NCBI GenBank assembly: GCA_950097015.1
Contig: CATNEN010000026.1
Coordinates: 124,001-188,000 of the forward strand
From: Macrostomum hystrix
Taxonomy: Eukaryota > Animalia > Platyhelminthes
DNA length: 64,000 nucleotides
Reading direction: 5' to 3'
Below are positions 36,301 to 49,554 of this stretch, piece after piece. The translations under genes were made by a program, and so were the position numbers. Every line of letters starts with the position of its first letter. Position 1 is the stretch's first letter. Below the pieces are notes generated by a model. It did not search any database and was not told the DNA's origin. It saw nothing but the letters and a program-made list of their open reading frames with translations.

Positions 36301-39300
36301 CGACTACTACTTTAATTGGTAGTACTAGTAGTAGTAGTACAAGTACCGCAGCTACTACCACAAACCCAGCTACCACTACTAGTACAACCGTAACCACTAG
36401 TAGGATTGCTACTACTAGCACAGATGCTACCGCCGCTACAACCACCTTTGGCTTACCCTCGCCTGGTATTAAATAAATACTATCCCACTGCCTCATTTCC
36501 TTATTTCCTCCATTTTTTATTTAATTCCAATCCAAATTCTTTAAATGTGTATTTTTACTTTTGAAAAATTACAATATTACTGGCTTGATTATATGGCGCC
36601 TTGCAGGATAACAACAAATCTATACTTTTTCGCGTTTCACATCTTTTCCTATCACAACTGTCTGCTTTTAGTAGAAACTGTGTGTCGATGTTTTCTATTA
36701 GTGTAATACGCTTACACGTGTCGAAATTGTTTTTCCTATTTGCTTGCTTGACTACTGTTCTTTTAGTGAATGATATATTCTATTTTCTACTTGATTGGCT
36801 GACAAATTCCTACTGTTTATCGCTAACTATCCTCAAAATCCCACCTAACAACAACACAGCCGGCCCGGATCCTCCTATAAACCTGGCAGCCAGTGGCATC
36901 ACTGACACATCAGCCACAGTCACGTGGACAGCTCCGTCGACTCCGAAGGCGCCAATAGCCGATTATCGATTTTTAGTCACCAGCCCAGTGTCTCTAGTCT
37001 ACTTCGTCAGCGGATTGTCATTTAATTTAGTCAATCTTACCTCGGCTACGACTTACACAGTGCAGGTGCGTTCGCAGTCCAGGTGACATGGGATATCTGA
37101 GACATATTCAGGTGACATGGGATATCTGAGACACATTCAGGTGATATGGGATATCTGAGACATATTCAGGTGATATGGGATATCTGAGACACATTCAGGT
37201 GATATGGGATATCTGAGACACATTCAGGTGATATGGGATATCTGAGACACATTCAGGTGATATGGGATATCTGAGACACATTCAGGTGATATGGGATATC
37301 TGAGACATATTCAGGTGATATGGGATATCTGAGACACATTCAGGTGATATGGGATATCTGAGACACATTCAGGTGATATGGGATATCTGAGACATATTCA
37401 GGTGACATGGGATATCTGAGACACATTCAGGTGATATGGGATATCTGAGACATATTCAGGTGATATGGGATATCTGAGACACATTCAGGTGATATGGGAT
37501 ATCTGAGACACATTCAGGTGATATGGGATATCTGAGACACATTCAGGTGATATGGGATATCTGAGACACATTCAGGTGATATGGGATATCTGAGACACAT
37601 TCAGGTGATATGGGATATCTGAGACATATTCAGGTGACATGGGATATCTGAGACACATTCAGGTGATATGGGATATCTGAGACATATTCAGGTGATTTGG
37701 GATATCTGAGACACATTCAGGTGATATGGGATATCTGAGACACATTCAGGTGATATGGGATATCTGAGACACATTCAGGTGATATGGGATATCTGAGACA
37801 TATTCAGGTGATATGGGATATCTGAGACACATTCAGGTGATATGGGATATCTGAGACACATTCAGGTGATATGGGATATCTGAGACACATTCAGGTGATA
37901 TGGGATATCTGAGACATATTCAGGTGATATGGGATATCTGAGACACATTCAGGTGATATGGGATATCTGAGACATATTCAGGTGATATGGGATATCTGAG
38001 ACACATTCAGGTGATATGGGATATCTGAGACACATATTCATGTGATATGGGATAACCCCCACCCATTGCAGATCAACTCGCGCAGCACCAATGGCAGTGT
38101 GGGCGCCGCCTCCTCGCCGTTTAGCTTCACTACCCTGGCCTCCTCGCAGCAGGTGGCCACGCTGGACAACTCGAGCCGATCCAATTCGGCCATCATCCTC
38201 GGCTGGTCGGCTCCGGCAGACGCAGCCGAGTTGTCTCACTTCCAGATTGGCTACACCTTGTTGGACAGTCAGGCACCCGGTGTCAGTCCCGGTGCTACTG
38301 GTAGCGTCAACGAGACAGCAGCCGCTAGGTCGCGCTCGGTGACGAGTCTTCTGCCCGCCTCGAAATATCGACTATGCGTCACTCCGGTGTACAGCGGCGT
38401 TGCTGGCAAGTCCGGTGTGCAGCGCTGCCTTGACGCCTGGACCACGCCGGGGACTTTTGCGGCAGCGCCACGGGCTCCGACCCTGCTAGGAACTGCCGGC
38501 TCTTCCCTGGCTAACATTAGCCTGGCCAGCTTGACTGCTGCCTATGCGTGAGCCTCTTCATTCTCTGAACTACCCGAGTGTGTCCTCGGATCTTCTCTTC
38601 CCCTAGCTACCTGTGTGTCCTCGGATAGGGGATCTTTTCTTCCCCTAGCTAGCTGAGTGTGTCCTCGGAAAGGGGATCTTTTCTTCCCCTAGCTAGCTGT
38701 GTGTCCTCGGAAAGGGGATCTTTTCTTCCCCTAGCTAGCTGTGTGTCCTCGGATAGGGGATCTTTTCTTCCCCTAGCTAGCTGTGTGTCCTCGGAAAGGG
38801 GATCTTTTCTTCCCCTAGCTAGCTGTGTGTCCTTGGAAAGGGGATCTTTTCTTCCCCTAGCTAGCTGAGTGTGTCCTTGGAAAGGGGATCTTTTCTTCCC
38901 CTAGCTAGCTGAGTGTGTCCTTGGAAAGGGGATCTTTTCTTCCCCTAGCTAGCGGAGTGTCCTCGGAAAGGGGATCTTTTCTTCCCCTAGCTAGCTGAGT
39001 GTCCTCGGAAAGGGGACCTTTCCTTCCCCTAGCTAGCTGAGTGTCCTCGGAAAGGGGACCTTTCCTTCCCCTAGCTAGCTGAGTGTCCTCGGAAAGGGGA
39101 TCTTTTCTTCCCCTAGCTAGCTGAGTGTCCTCGGAAAGGGGATCTTTTCTTCCCCTAGCTAGCTGTGTGTCCTCGGAAAGGGGATCTTTTCTTCCCCTAG
39201 CTAGCTGTGTGTCCTCGGAAAGGGGATCTTTTCTTCCCCTAGCTAGCTGAGTGTGTCCTCGGATAGGGGATATTTTCTTCCCCTAGCTAGCTGTGTGTCC

Positions 39301-42300
39301 TCGGAAAGGGAACCTTTCCCCTATGTTCACCCATGGAGCTCTTCAATTGCAGCGGCGGTCCGTTAACGGGCTACATTCTGGGCATTCAACTGACCAGCGG
39401 CCCGTCCGGCCGTCGCCGTCGCCGTTCCGTAGCCCCGGCCAGCGTCGATCTAGCCGGCTACAGCCTGATTGGCGAGTTCTCACCTGCCAGCCTGCCCGCC
39501 AGATTCTCAATTGGCGACGGACTCACCTACGGCGGCTATCCGAATCCCAGTCTGAGCCCTTCCTCGACTTACAATGTCCGATTGAGCGCCTACTCGATGG
39601 TTGACGGCGCAATCGCCGCGACAGCCAGCACGCCGCCTTTGGTTTTCTCAACGGCCGCTGGTCCTTCGTCCGGCACGTCCACGGCTGCGCCTACGGCCGC
39701 TGGCGCCGGCAATTCAAACACTGGCCTGATTGTTGGACTAGTCATCTTTTTTATCCTGCTATTGGCCGCTATCGCTATCGGGTTGTACTTCCTCATCACT
39801 AGGGTGCTGCGGCCCGGAGCAGGTGAGACCGATTTCCTTTTTTCGGCAAATCAAAGAGTAACTTACCCATCTGACCTCCAGGTTTATTATTGATTGGCCA
39901 CAACTACCAATCACCTTCAGGTCTCTTAGTTGGCCACTTACCGTTCTCACCTTCAGCTCTTTGGACTGGTTTTTTCAGGGTTTTTTGTGTCTTTTAAATA
40001 CGAGAAACAGTATTCAAAAGCAGCTAGTTTAAACTGAAGACAAAATCCCGCTTGAAGGCAAAGATTACGCTGCAGCCTACATTCCCCACGGCATCACCCG
40101 TCCGGACGGCGGCGGCAAAGGCGTCGAGCCCCGCTCAGCCGACTGCTGGTCATCTACCAACAGCGTGTCGGACTCGCGTCGCCTCCTAGTTGAGCCCGGC
40201 AATTATCGGGCCCACGCCAGCGTCATGTCCTGCGGCACCGGAGTCACGTGCTACGACGAGTACGCCGCCCTGCCGCAGGGCTTCAGCCCGAACCGCTCCT
40301 GTCACGTCGCCCGCAGCGCTGCCAACGTGGCTCGGAATCGTGGCGTACAAAATCTGCCCTACGATCACAATCTGGTTCGCTTCAAAGATCCCAACGTTTA
40401 TTACAACGCTTGCTACGTGAACGGCTACATTCGGCGTCAGGCCTACATATCGGCTCAGTCGCCTTTGGACAAGGGGTCCGCAGGAGATTTCTGGCGCATT
40501 GTAGCCGAACAGAACGTGGCCCAGATTGTCACCCTGTGTCAGGAATTTGAGGCCAAATCTTTGCATTGCATCAAGTACTGGCCGGATGTTGGCAATAGGG
40601 CCGAGTTTAACGGAATTCAGGTGAGTAACGCTAGTCTGAATCGCTTAATGTAATGTAACCTGTTGTATCCCACCCAGAAAATCCCCCCATGGTTTCAATC
40701 ACATCATTTCTATGATTTTCCCATGACAATGCCGCGGTATTCCCATTATTTGGCCGACTGGCTTTCGAGCATTCTAATAATCTAAATTGTTAATAACGCC
40801 AATCTTGGTATTTTGGTCGGGTGATATACCTACTCGTTCGCCTGTTAGTGAATATTTACTTAAGTGTTTTGTTTAGTTTAAACACAATTAGTCTATTCTA
40901 GCCGTGGCAACCATTCACCATCCCCTTTCAGGTTCGCTGCATCAAAGAGGAGAATCGCAATTTCTATTGCAAGCGCTACTTCGAAGTCGACGGGCTTGAT
41001 GTGGCCCAGTATCAGTTCCTGAGCTGGCCGGAGACCGGGATGCCGAAGACTCCTCTGCCGCTCATTGCTCTCTATTACGCTGTCAAGGTGAGTTTAGCTG
41101 CTGGTTGTCCTTGCTAAATAATTCAAGCAAGATCTGTATTCCAAACTGGTGTATGGTTTGAAACTAACAGGTGGCCTCACGCATTGAAGACGGCCCATTG
41201 CTGGTCCACTGTTCTACGGCTCTCTCTCGCACGGCTATTTTTATGGCTCTGGACTATCTGCTGCAGCAGGCTATGCATGAGCAGAGCATTAGCGTGTTCA
41301 AATGCGCCTCGCATCTGCGCAAGGCCAGAGCCAACTGTTTGCCAGATCCGCGAGAATATGCGTTCATCTACGATCTACTGTTTGAGGCTATGCTCACCGA
41401 GGGACGCAACATTGTCAGGATGGATGTGAGAGAAAATCTGCGCTCCATCCTGGCTGTAAATCCTAAGCTGAACCAGACGCACATGTGGGAACACTTCGCC
41501 TATCTGCAGGTGAGCTATCTCGCGTTTTTATCATAAACTAAAGCACTTGTCTATAAATAGCATCTGACGTCAGTGAGCGCGTTGTCTATAAAAAGCATCT
41601 GACGTCAGTGAACGCGTTGTCTATAAATAGCATCTGATGTCATTTGAGGGGTGTATTTGACTTTATATGCATCGATATACGCATTATACTACATTCGCAT
41701 TCACGCGCAGAACTACGCGGAGCGACCAGTCTGCACTTCGCCAACCGCCGGGCAGGCGGATCGCGACCCAGCGATCATGCCGTGCGACGACTGCCGGGTG
41801 CGCCTCGCTGATCCCGCCACCTACATCAACGCTATCTGGTTAGATGGATTCTACCGTTCGGACGATACCATCGTGACCCAGACGCCCTTGGAATGGACCG
41901 AGCTGGCCTTCTGGAATATGGTGCTGGAGCATCGGGCCAGCCACGTGGTCGACCTACAGCCGGGCGGAGATCCGAATCGCTGCTTCTATCCGCTGCCCCC
42001 GGAGACGCAGCGGTCTCTAGGTCAGGGAGGCCTGACGCTGCGCCTGCAAGGTCGCACCGATCAAGGCTGCACTCTATTGCTCGAGTGCCCCGGCGCTCAA
42101 CCGCTGTCGGTCTCGGTGCACGCTTTCTCAAGTGAGTCGCGCCTTTGCGGACGTACTAGCCGTACTAGTTCTGTACATTAATAATTAGCATCTGTACGTG
42201 TCATTTGAGTACATTTCCGTACAGAGATTATTTGCTCACTCCCGAACCGCCAGAGCTGTACGCCAACGCCGGCGTTAATTCATCAGACAACTCGCTGCCG

Positions 42301-42783
42301 CAGAGTGTCAAAGCGATGTATCGTGCCGTTGACGACTTCTTGTTGAGCCCGGCGCCGCGCTCCGGTCCCCAGGTGCTGGTCTGCCTAAACGGCGCCAACC
42401 GGTGCGGCCTGTTCGCCGCCTGCCTGCTGGCTGCCCAGCAGCTGCAGCAGGATGGCTTCACCGACGTCTATCATCTGGTGAAGTGGATGAAGCTGCGTAG
42501 ACCCCAGCTAGTGCCGACGCTGCAGCAGTACGAGTTCATCTTTAATTTTCTGGCCTACTATGCCAAGCACAAACTGTTGCCAGCTCAGCAGCAGCAACAG
42601 CAGCAGCAGCTGTCGGAGAACACTAATCCAGGTGTTGGCCGCGGCCTAGGCGAGACCACCTATTCGCTGAGCCAGGTGCCTGTGCAGCCGCAGCGCGAGC
42701 CTGGCAAAGTGGCCTATCACTATCTGAACATCGGCGACCTGGGCGCCACTCTTATGTCAACCGCATCCGCTGATCTGGTCTAG
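24369..42783 (+). CDS. Receptor-type protein tyrosine phosphatase-like protein (EGF-like and FN3 ectodomain, TM, tandem D1/D2 PTP domains; ~1870 aa)
   Basis: Exons 24369-24474 (signal peptide), 26637-27278, 27459-27554, 29607-30248, 30428-30460, 31306-31529, 34802-35174, 36148-36465, 36860-37065, 38072-38547, 39353-39822 (RRRRRS furin site, FSIGDG...YGGY.N..L motif, TM), 40076(or 40040)-40620, 40932-41087, 41171-41509, 41711-42131, 42227-42783. The sum is 5604 nt, in frame. PTP motifs LPYDHNLV, YYNACYV, DFWRIV, CIKYWP, LLVHCS; D2 YINA...VTQTPL...FWNMV. Confidence 0.88.
25380..25810 (-). mobile_element. Decayed RTE-like non-LTR retrotransposon fragment (RT C-terminal part)
   Basis: Minus-strand frames give AQRLLDCLAAAAAK / INAKKTEVV and VAETVLFYNAETWTM, recalling RTE-clade (vGL.IN.kKT; vLLYgsEtWtl) motifs, with deletions and frameshifts. 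Confidence 0.6.
25817..26018 (-). mobile_element. SINE family B copy abutting the RTE-like relic
   Basis: GAGCACGGATAC...TTTCTCATC...TGTGCCTTGGAGTTGGCCC...AATGTGGCCTCGCCGCGGATTCGAGCTCAGGGAC matches copy 7831. Confidence 0.7.
26320..26500 (-). mobile_element. Second LINE 3'-end relic with a perfect 16-bp hairpin
   Basis: Minus strand reads GSRARKRWRDDI*ANL (cf. RTE GRPrkRW.D.i). Downstream on that strand is the inverted repeat GTTGCACTGCTTATCT/AGATAAGCAGTGCAAC at 26320-26359. Confidence 0.45.
28720..29520. repeat. 48-bp minisatellite in RPTP intron (unit contains the GAACG-gttct-CGTTC hairpin), ~14 conserved copies with degenerate ends
   Basis: Visible array; 16-aa periodic ORFs 28662 and 28690. 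Confidence 0.95.
31580..34640. repeat. 24-bp minisatellite (TTCAAATCCTTCAGAAGCCACAGC), ~125 copies, filling RPTP intron 31530-34801
   Basis: Visible array with single-base indel variants; source of the LKDLKLWL, EGFEAVAS and SFKSFRSH ORFs. Confidence 0.97.
35285..35800. repeat. Degenerate 14-bp pyrimidine-rich minisatellite (ATCCAGCTTCCCTC) in RPTP intron
   Basis: Visible array. Confidence 0.9.
37080..38052. repeat. 29-bp minisatellite (CAGGTGATATGGGATATCTGAGACACATT), ~33 copies, filling RPTP intron 37066-38071
   Basis: Occupies all but ~15 bp at the donor end and ~20 bp at the acceptor end. Confidence 0.97.
38575..39320. repeat. 40-42-bp minisatellite (GTGTCCTCGGAAAGGGGATCTTTTCTTCCCCTAGCTAGCT..), ~18 copies, filling RPTP intron 38548-39352
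   Basis: Visible array; unit has a GGGGA/TCCCC hairpin and a CTAGCTAG palindrome. Confidence 0.95.
41545..41650. repeat. 35-bp unit x3 in RPTP intron 41510-41710
   Basis: TTGTCTATAAA.AGCATCTGACGTCAGTG repeats at 41547, 41582, 41617. Confidence 0.85.
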
Positions 42784-45700
42784 GCCTGGAATAGTCTAGA
42801 TTCCATAAAAACGCTTCTAATCTACTTCAAGTAGTAGTAGTAGATTGAAGCTTCGTATTGAAACTGTGACTGTGTAGTTGGTAGTTGAAATTATAAAGTT
42901 AGTGTTAGTTCCTGTCTGATATTTAGTTTACTCTTAGCCCCTCTCGACTTGTAATTTAAGTGCTATGTATTTTTATCTGTTTTTATGCCAACTTTTTTAT
43001 TGATAGCTTTGTATTGCATTGCAGTCTGTTTCGAATTGCTAATAAATTTGATACACATTTTCGAAATGAGCTGGCTCTCAGAATTTTTAACTCGTATTCA
43101 TGTATGCTCGTATTTGTCAGCTTTTTAGCCAATTCTTCCTCCTATCAAATAAATTTAATCCCTAAAACGGACTTGGTTCCTGTTAAGTTTTTTTGTGTAA
43201 ATCTTCCAAAAATTGCAGCTTATTGTTGGTTGCGACAACCAAACAGCTTTTAAAAGTAAATATTTTATTCTTCTAATACGAGCATAAGCACCTTTCAGAA
43301 CAGTTGATTTATATTTTTTAATCTTCATTTTTACTCGACACTGTTGTCTTGCGCTACGACGGTAACATTGCTGGACGATTGCTACAACTCATTTGTGTTT
43401 TCCAATACCTTGTAAGCGGTAAATAACCTGCGTATAGCTGTCATTAATAATTTATTACTTCATAGATTTATTAGCATAAATTGCATTTAATACCGTTTAA
43501 ATCCTTCATTATCTTTAGATGATCTGTTTTTTCTGGTTTCGACTAAATTCAAGTAAAATAACTTTTTGTCTCCAGCCATTGAATTTAAACTACTTGGAAT
43601 TTAAGTAGTATGTTAAGAACTATTTGCTCATATACATTGATGCTTTTTAGCTGTCGAGAACAAATTTCTTATTTTTTCTTACTACTTAACTGATGATTCC
43701 GCAAGTTTTATTCGTCCGTAAACCGAATAGCAAATGTAAAAAAATGTAAAAAATAAGCCAACGTTTAATGAACAATTTTTACACCCTAGCTAGATTTACT
43801 AGAATGTACCTCTCTGTTTTGGACTGGCAATCTTTTGGATCACATGCGCTACTACATAAGTCTAGCTTAACGCCTGAGCTTTGTTTATGGGGAAATTTCA
43901 CACTGTACCATAGTCGCAGCGCTCTCTATTTGTGCACCGCAGTCTCGCATCATTTTATATTAATAAAATGATAAAATTAATAAAATATAAATTATATTAA
44001 TAAACCCAACTAGCACAACAGTGTATATTTAATTAGGTTTTTTGTGCATAATTACAACATAACATAAAAATTCTTTGCTGTCCTCTGTTTTATTTATTTT
44101 CCTTTACTATTAACTGCTCTTATTGGGTCTTAGAGTTTTAGTTTTAGTTTTGTACTTAGTGAATTACAAAAATTAGCTCTAGTTTCTGACAAACAGTAAA
44201 AAGGCATTTCTGATAGTTACAATTTACACGTAGATCGAAAACATGCGTTATGTTCCCAGTACATAGATAATTAAAACAATAGTGCGTTAAAAATATAAAT
44301 CCATGCGATAAAATAGTGTTTGACACTGCTGCTCGCATCAAGGATCACAAAACCTTTCATTTAAGGTTTTAGTTTCACTTTCGTGGCATTAAGCAGTCAA
44401 TACTATTTGTATTTGGAACTGAGATAGTATTGAGGTTAAAAAATATAAAAAATACTATTGAAAAATCGCGAACAGTTTAAAATTATTTGTTTCTTTTGTT
44501 TATGTGCTTGCAAAGAGTCATTAAAATTTAATTTGTATGAATGCATTGTTTTTTATTTTGGGCAGCACGCAAAGCTAGATGTTTAATCGCAGTTCCAACA
44601 TTCGGAAGCTATGCCTTCGCGTGAATTTTTTCTTTCATCAGTTTTCACTCTTACGCATTTTTATATACATATAGGTTTACAGTCATCTCTCTTTCAAAGT
44701 TTTTTAATACCTTTTAGCTTCGTTCATAACATTTCAAGTTTTAAGTTTACTCATTTCTATTCGAATGAGTAAGTAAAGTCAATACTTTTATTTATTAGTT
44801 TTTTCAATGAGATTGAGATACACAGCAGCTTCACAACAACAATATATTTTGGTAGGCATTTGCACTTGTAGCTAGTACAGTAGATTGAGTTAATGAGTTA
44901 AGTGGTAATTGTATAAGTATATTAGAAAAGGAGTGGACCATGGCCCAGTAGTCAGAAGTCCTTTAACTTTTTGCGAGAAATTATAATGAATGTCAGTGAA
45001 ATCTGTCTAAAGTAGAAATTTAGTGAATTATATATATAGTAACTTTAACTTTACTTACTTTAACTTACAATTTTAGTAATGTAATATATGTACTGCATAT
45101 TATACTAAATTGCTACAAAAATGCTGACAAGTTTTTCATGAATGCAAGATTCTGTTAGACTTAAGTGAATGGTTTCTTGACAAAACAGACAGTGCTGTCA
45201 ATGTACTAGATACTGGGCTAACAAACAAGCAACTCTTTTCTTCTGTGGATATGTCTTTAGCTTTATTCACTAAAATTGAAAATTAGAGCTTCAATATTAG
45301 GTTCTTTAGCTTTGCTATGGCTTGCTACATGTAAAAACACTACTAAAAGCACTATATACCCTAGGAGCTGAGGAGTTGTACCAAAAAGCACTTACTAGTA
45401 CCAAAATATTTTATAACGAAAAGCCATCACACCAAAATGCATTTCAGTCTGACAAGCTGCTATATTTGAAAGCTCTACAGTTAGTTTATCCAAATTTTAT
45501 TTGTTAAATACATTAATTTAACATAGTTTTTGCTGCTGAATTGAAGCAAAAATATTTTTCTTTTGTTTTTTTATGAATGATATTTAATTTCTTTCTTACA
45601 GCTAATAGCTATTATGTATAAATCTATAGTATTTACCCCAATTAAAAAAATAGCTTATCTATTTTAAGATGCTAGGTAGGCTTGCTTGCAATGAAAATTT

Positions 45701-46111
45701 TGGAAAGGTTAAGAAAATCAACATAAGAAGATCAAAATCACGATGTATTACATCTAATATTATTTATTTGTTTTAAACACTGTTTATGAGTTCTAAAGTT
45801 AACCTATATTTCGAACTTAACTTTTAAAGTTACTCTCCTGAGTTGGTCTGTCCTAATGGAGATTTTGTATTTTAGTCCAAGAAACTTACCAACAGAATGA
45901 CACTTCAAACTGATTTTGTTAAATAAAAATAAGTGCATATTAGCTTACATGCATAAAGCTGTTGTTAGCTACAGCTTTGCAATAATAAGTAGTAAGCTTA
46001 TTCATGGTCGAAATATTTTAACAATTTGTTTGAAATTGTTTTTAAAACAATGCTCAACACGAAAATAGGGAATTTTGTTTGATAAAAAACTTTGCACATT
46101 TTGGAAGATAA

Positions 46112-46832
<721 letters not shown>

Positions 46833-47254
46833 ACAAAATTTCAAGGCTGATTGGTTGATTTTTGCTATTCTATTGTTTCAAGCTTTGATTTCTGTCTGGG
46901 TTTTAAATCAAAGTATATAAAACAAATTTGACGCATCCATTTTTAGTAAACGTCTGTCTACGTGCTGCTACTTTTAGTAGTTTAAATGAACAATAATTTG
47001 ATGTCTTAAAATTTAGAAAAAGTAGATAACGTGATCTAATTCAAATTATGGCTTTGCTTAAACCGCGATCTGTTTTTTAGTTACTGAACAACTTTTTACG
47101 CAGAAAGTTTTGTTAAGTTTCATTTCTGTATATTTGGTATAAATGAAAAATTATTTTTATTCTGCTGTAGGCGAGTTATTGTTACTTAGAGATAACGTAG
47201 GATTGACCGTTTGGAGTGAGAAAGATAAAATTAATCCTTAAAATGGTTAGTTCA

Positions 47255-48275
47255 GAAGACTCACCTGCTAAAGTCAATGGTATCCGCCCCCCGCCAGTCA
47301 ATAGTATCCGCCCCCTCTGGTCCTTAGCATCCGCCCATTCAGTCCTCCAGTCATTAGCATCTGCCTCTCCAGTCATTAGCATCCGCCCCTCCAGTTAATA
47401 GCATCCGCCCCTCCAGTCATTAGTATCCGCCCCTCCAGTCATTAGAATCCACCCCTCCAGTCATTAGAATCCACCCCTCCAGTCATAAGCATCCGCCTCT
47501 CCAGTCATAAGCATCCGCCCCTCCAGTTATTAGCATCCGCCTCTCCAGTCATAAGCATCCGCCTCTCCAGTCATTAGCATCCGCCCCTCCAGTTATTAGC
47601 ATCCGCCTCTCCAGTCATTAGCATCCGCCCCTCCAGTTATTAGCATCCGCCCCTCCAGTCATTAGCATCCGCCCCTCCAGTTAATAGCATCCGCCCCTCC
47701 AGTCATTAGCATCCGCCCCTCCAGTTAATAGCATCCGCCCCTCCAGTTAATAGCATCCGCCCCTCCAGTTATTAGTATCCGCCCCTCCAGTCATTAGTAT
47801 CCGCCCCTCCAGTTATTAGCATCCGCCCCTCCAGTCATTAGCATCCGCCCCTCCAGTTATTAGCATCCGCCCCTCTAGTTATTAGCATCCGCCCTCTCCA
47901 GTCATCAATATCCGCCCCTCCAGTCATTAGCATCCGCCCTCTAGTCATTAGTATCCGCCCCTCCAGTCATTAGAATCCACCCCTCCAGTCATAAGCATCC
48001 GCCCCTCCAGTTATTAGCATCCGCCCCTCCAGTTATTAGCATCCGCCCTCTCCAGTCATTAGCATCCGCCCCTCCAGTTATTAGTATCCGCCCCTCCGGT
48101 TATTAGCATCCGCCCTCTCCAGTCATTAGCATCCGCCCCTCCAGTTATAAGTATCCGCCCCTCCAGTCATTAGCATCCGCCCCTCCAGTTATTATTATCC
48201 GCCCCTCCAGTCATCAATATCCGCCCCTCCAGTTATTAGTATCCGCCCCTCCAGTCATTAGCATCCGCCCCTCCC
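47255..48275. repeat. 22-bp minisatellite (TAGCATCCGCCCCTCCAGTCAT), ~45 copies, between pde6d and crumbs
   Basis: Visible array. Confidence 0.95.
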
Positions 48276-49554
48276 AAGGTTTCTCTATTTGTGCCATGGT
48301 GGTTCCATTTAAGTGTTTATTAAGGATTAATATTCAAATTAATGTTAATATGTTTTTCTTTGCTGTCCTGTAACTCTGTAAATTTGCGTCTGCACACTGT
48401 CAGTCTGTCTGCATCATATTCTGCTGCTTTTATATCTTTGCCTCTGTCCTAAGTTATGAATTTTTCTGTAGTATCCTAGGCTAGCAAGGTTCTGAATGCT
48501 TTGCAGATTCTAGAACTAATTTGATTTACAACTATAAGTCTATGGAACAAGCTATAGTGCATACCTGGCTGTGTTTTTTTTCTTTTTAAAAATTACAAAA
48601 AAATCGCATCGCACACCGCACTTGCTACTTAAGAGTTTTTTTACTTTTGTTCTGCAGTAGTCTATGTCGCTTATCCGTCCGTAAATCTATAACGAATTCT
48701 GAAAGCTTTTCCCTAGCCGTTATCTAGGAGTTGTGGTTGAGTAGGATTTAGTCTACGCTTTAGTGCTAAGCGAACCCTCCCGGATCCCTATTTGGGATAA
48801 TTCGCGAATTTCTCTTTTTTCTTGAGCTTATGTCTCAATAATTCAAAGTTGCTTTCGCGCTATCTGTCAATTTATAATTATTTCCTATTTTCTTTATCTA
48901 GATCAGCTAACTGCACTGCAAACTGTTTATTTCAGAAAAACTGAAGGAAATTCGGAAGATACCTTCTTGATCGACTTCTAAACTTACATTTTTTTACAAA
49001 AATATCAGCCAGATCAGCAAAGTATATTGCTATACAAAGAGCTGCAAAAATTACCGAAATTTTCCAATATCTGAATTTTTCGTTTTAAAAACCTAAATTC
49101 TAGTTTTGCGCCATCGATTCGAAAAAAATTTCTTTGATGCTGTCTTCTGTTTGTTCCTGTCAAAAATATATCGTTACATTTGAAAACGTTAGTTTCTTCA
49201 TTTCTATTGTAAAAGCACTTGCGATATTGTCGTTTCTTTTCGGTTGGGGATAATTTCCCCCCTGTAAGCTTATCTGTGGCACTGCAAAGATAAAAGGCTC
49301 GTGTGACTTATTATTATTATTTTCCTAATACTACTTGCAGTTTGTCGTTAAGTAGAAAGTTGCGCCGGAACTTATTTTCCAGCCGGGGCCGATTCGTTGG
49401 ATTGTCCGGCCAACTGCAAGGAATTGAGCGAGGCAGAGCGGAACTACGGCCCGGGTTTTTAAAGACCAGAGACGCCAAATAAATTAAAAAAACAAGTCAA
49501 TAAATAGTTCTAGTCTCGCAGAATTATCGTTTAAACCGCCAGCAGAGGAAGTAC

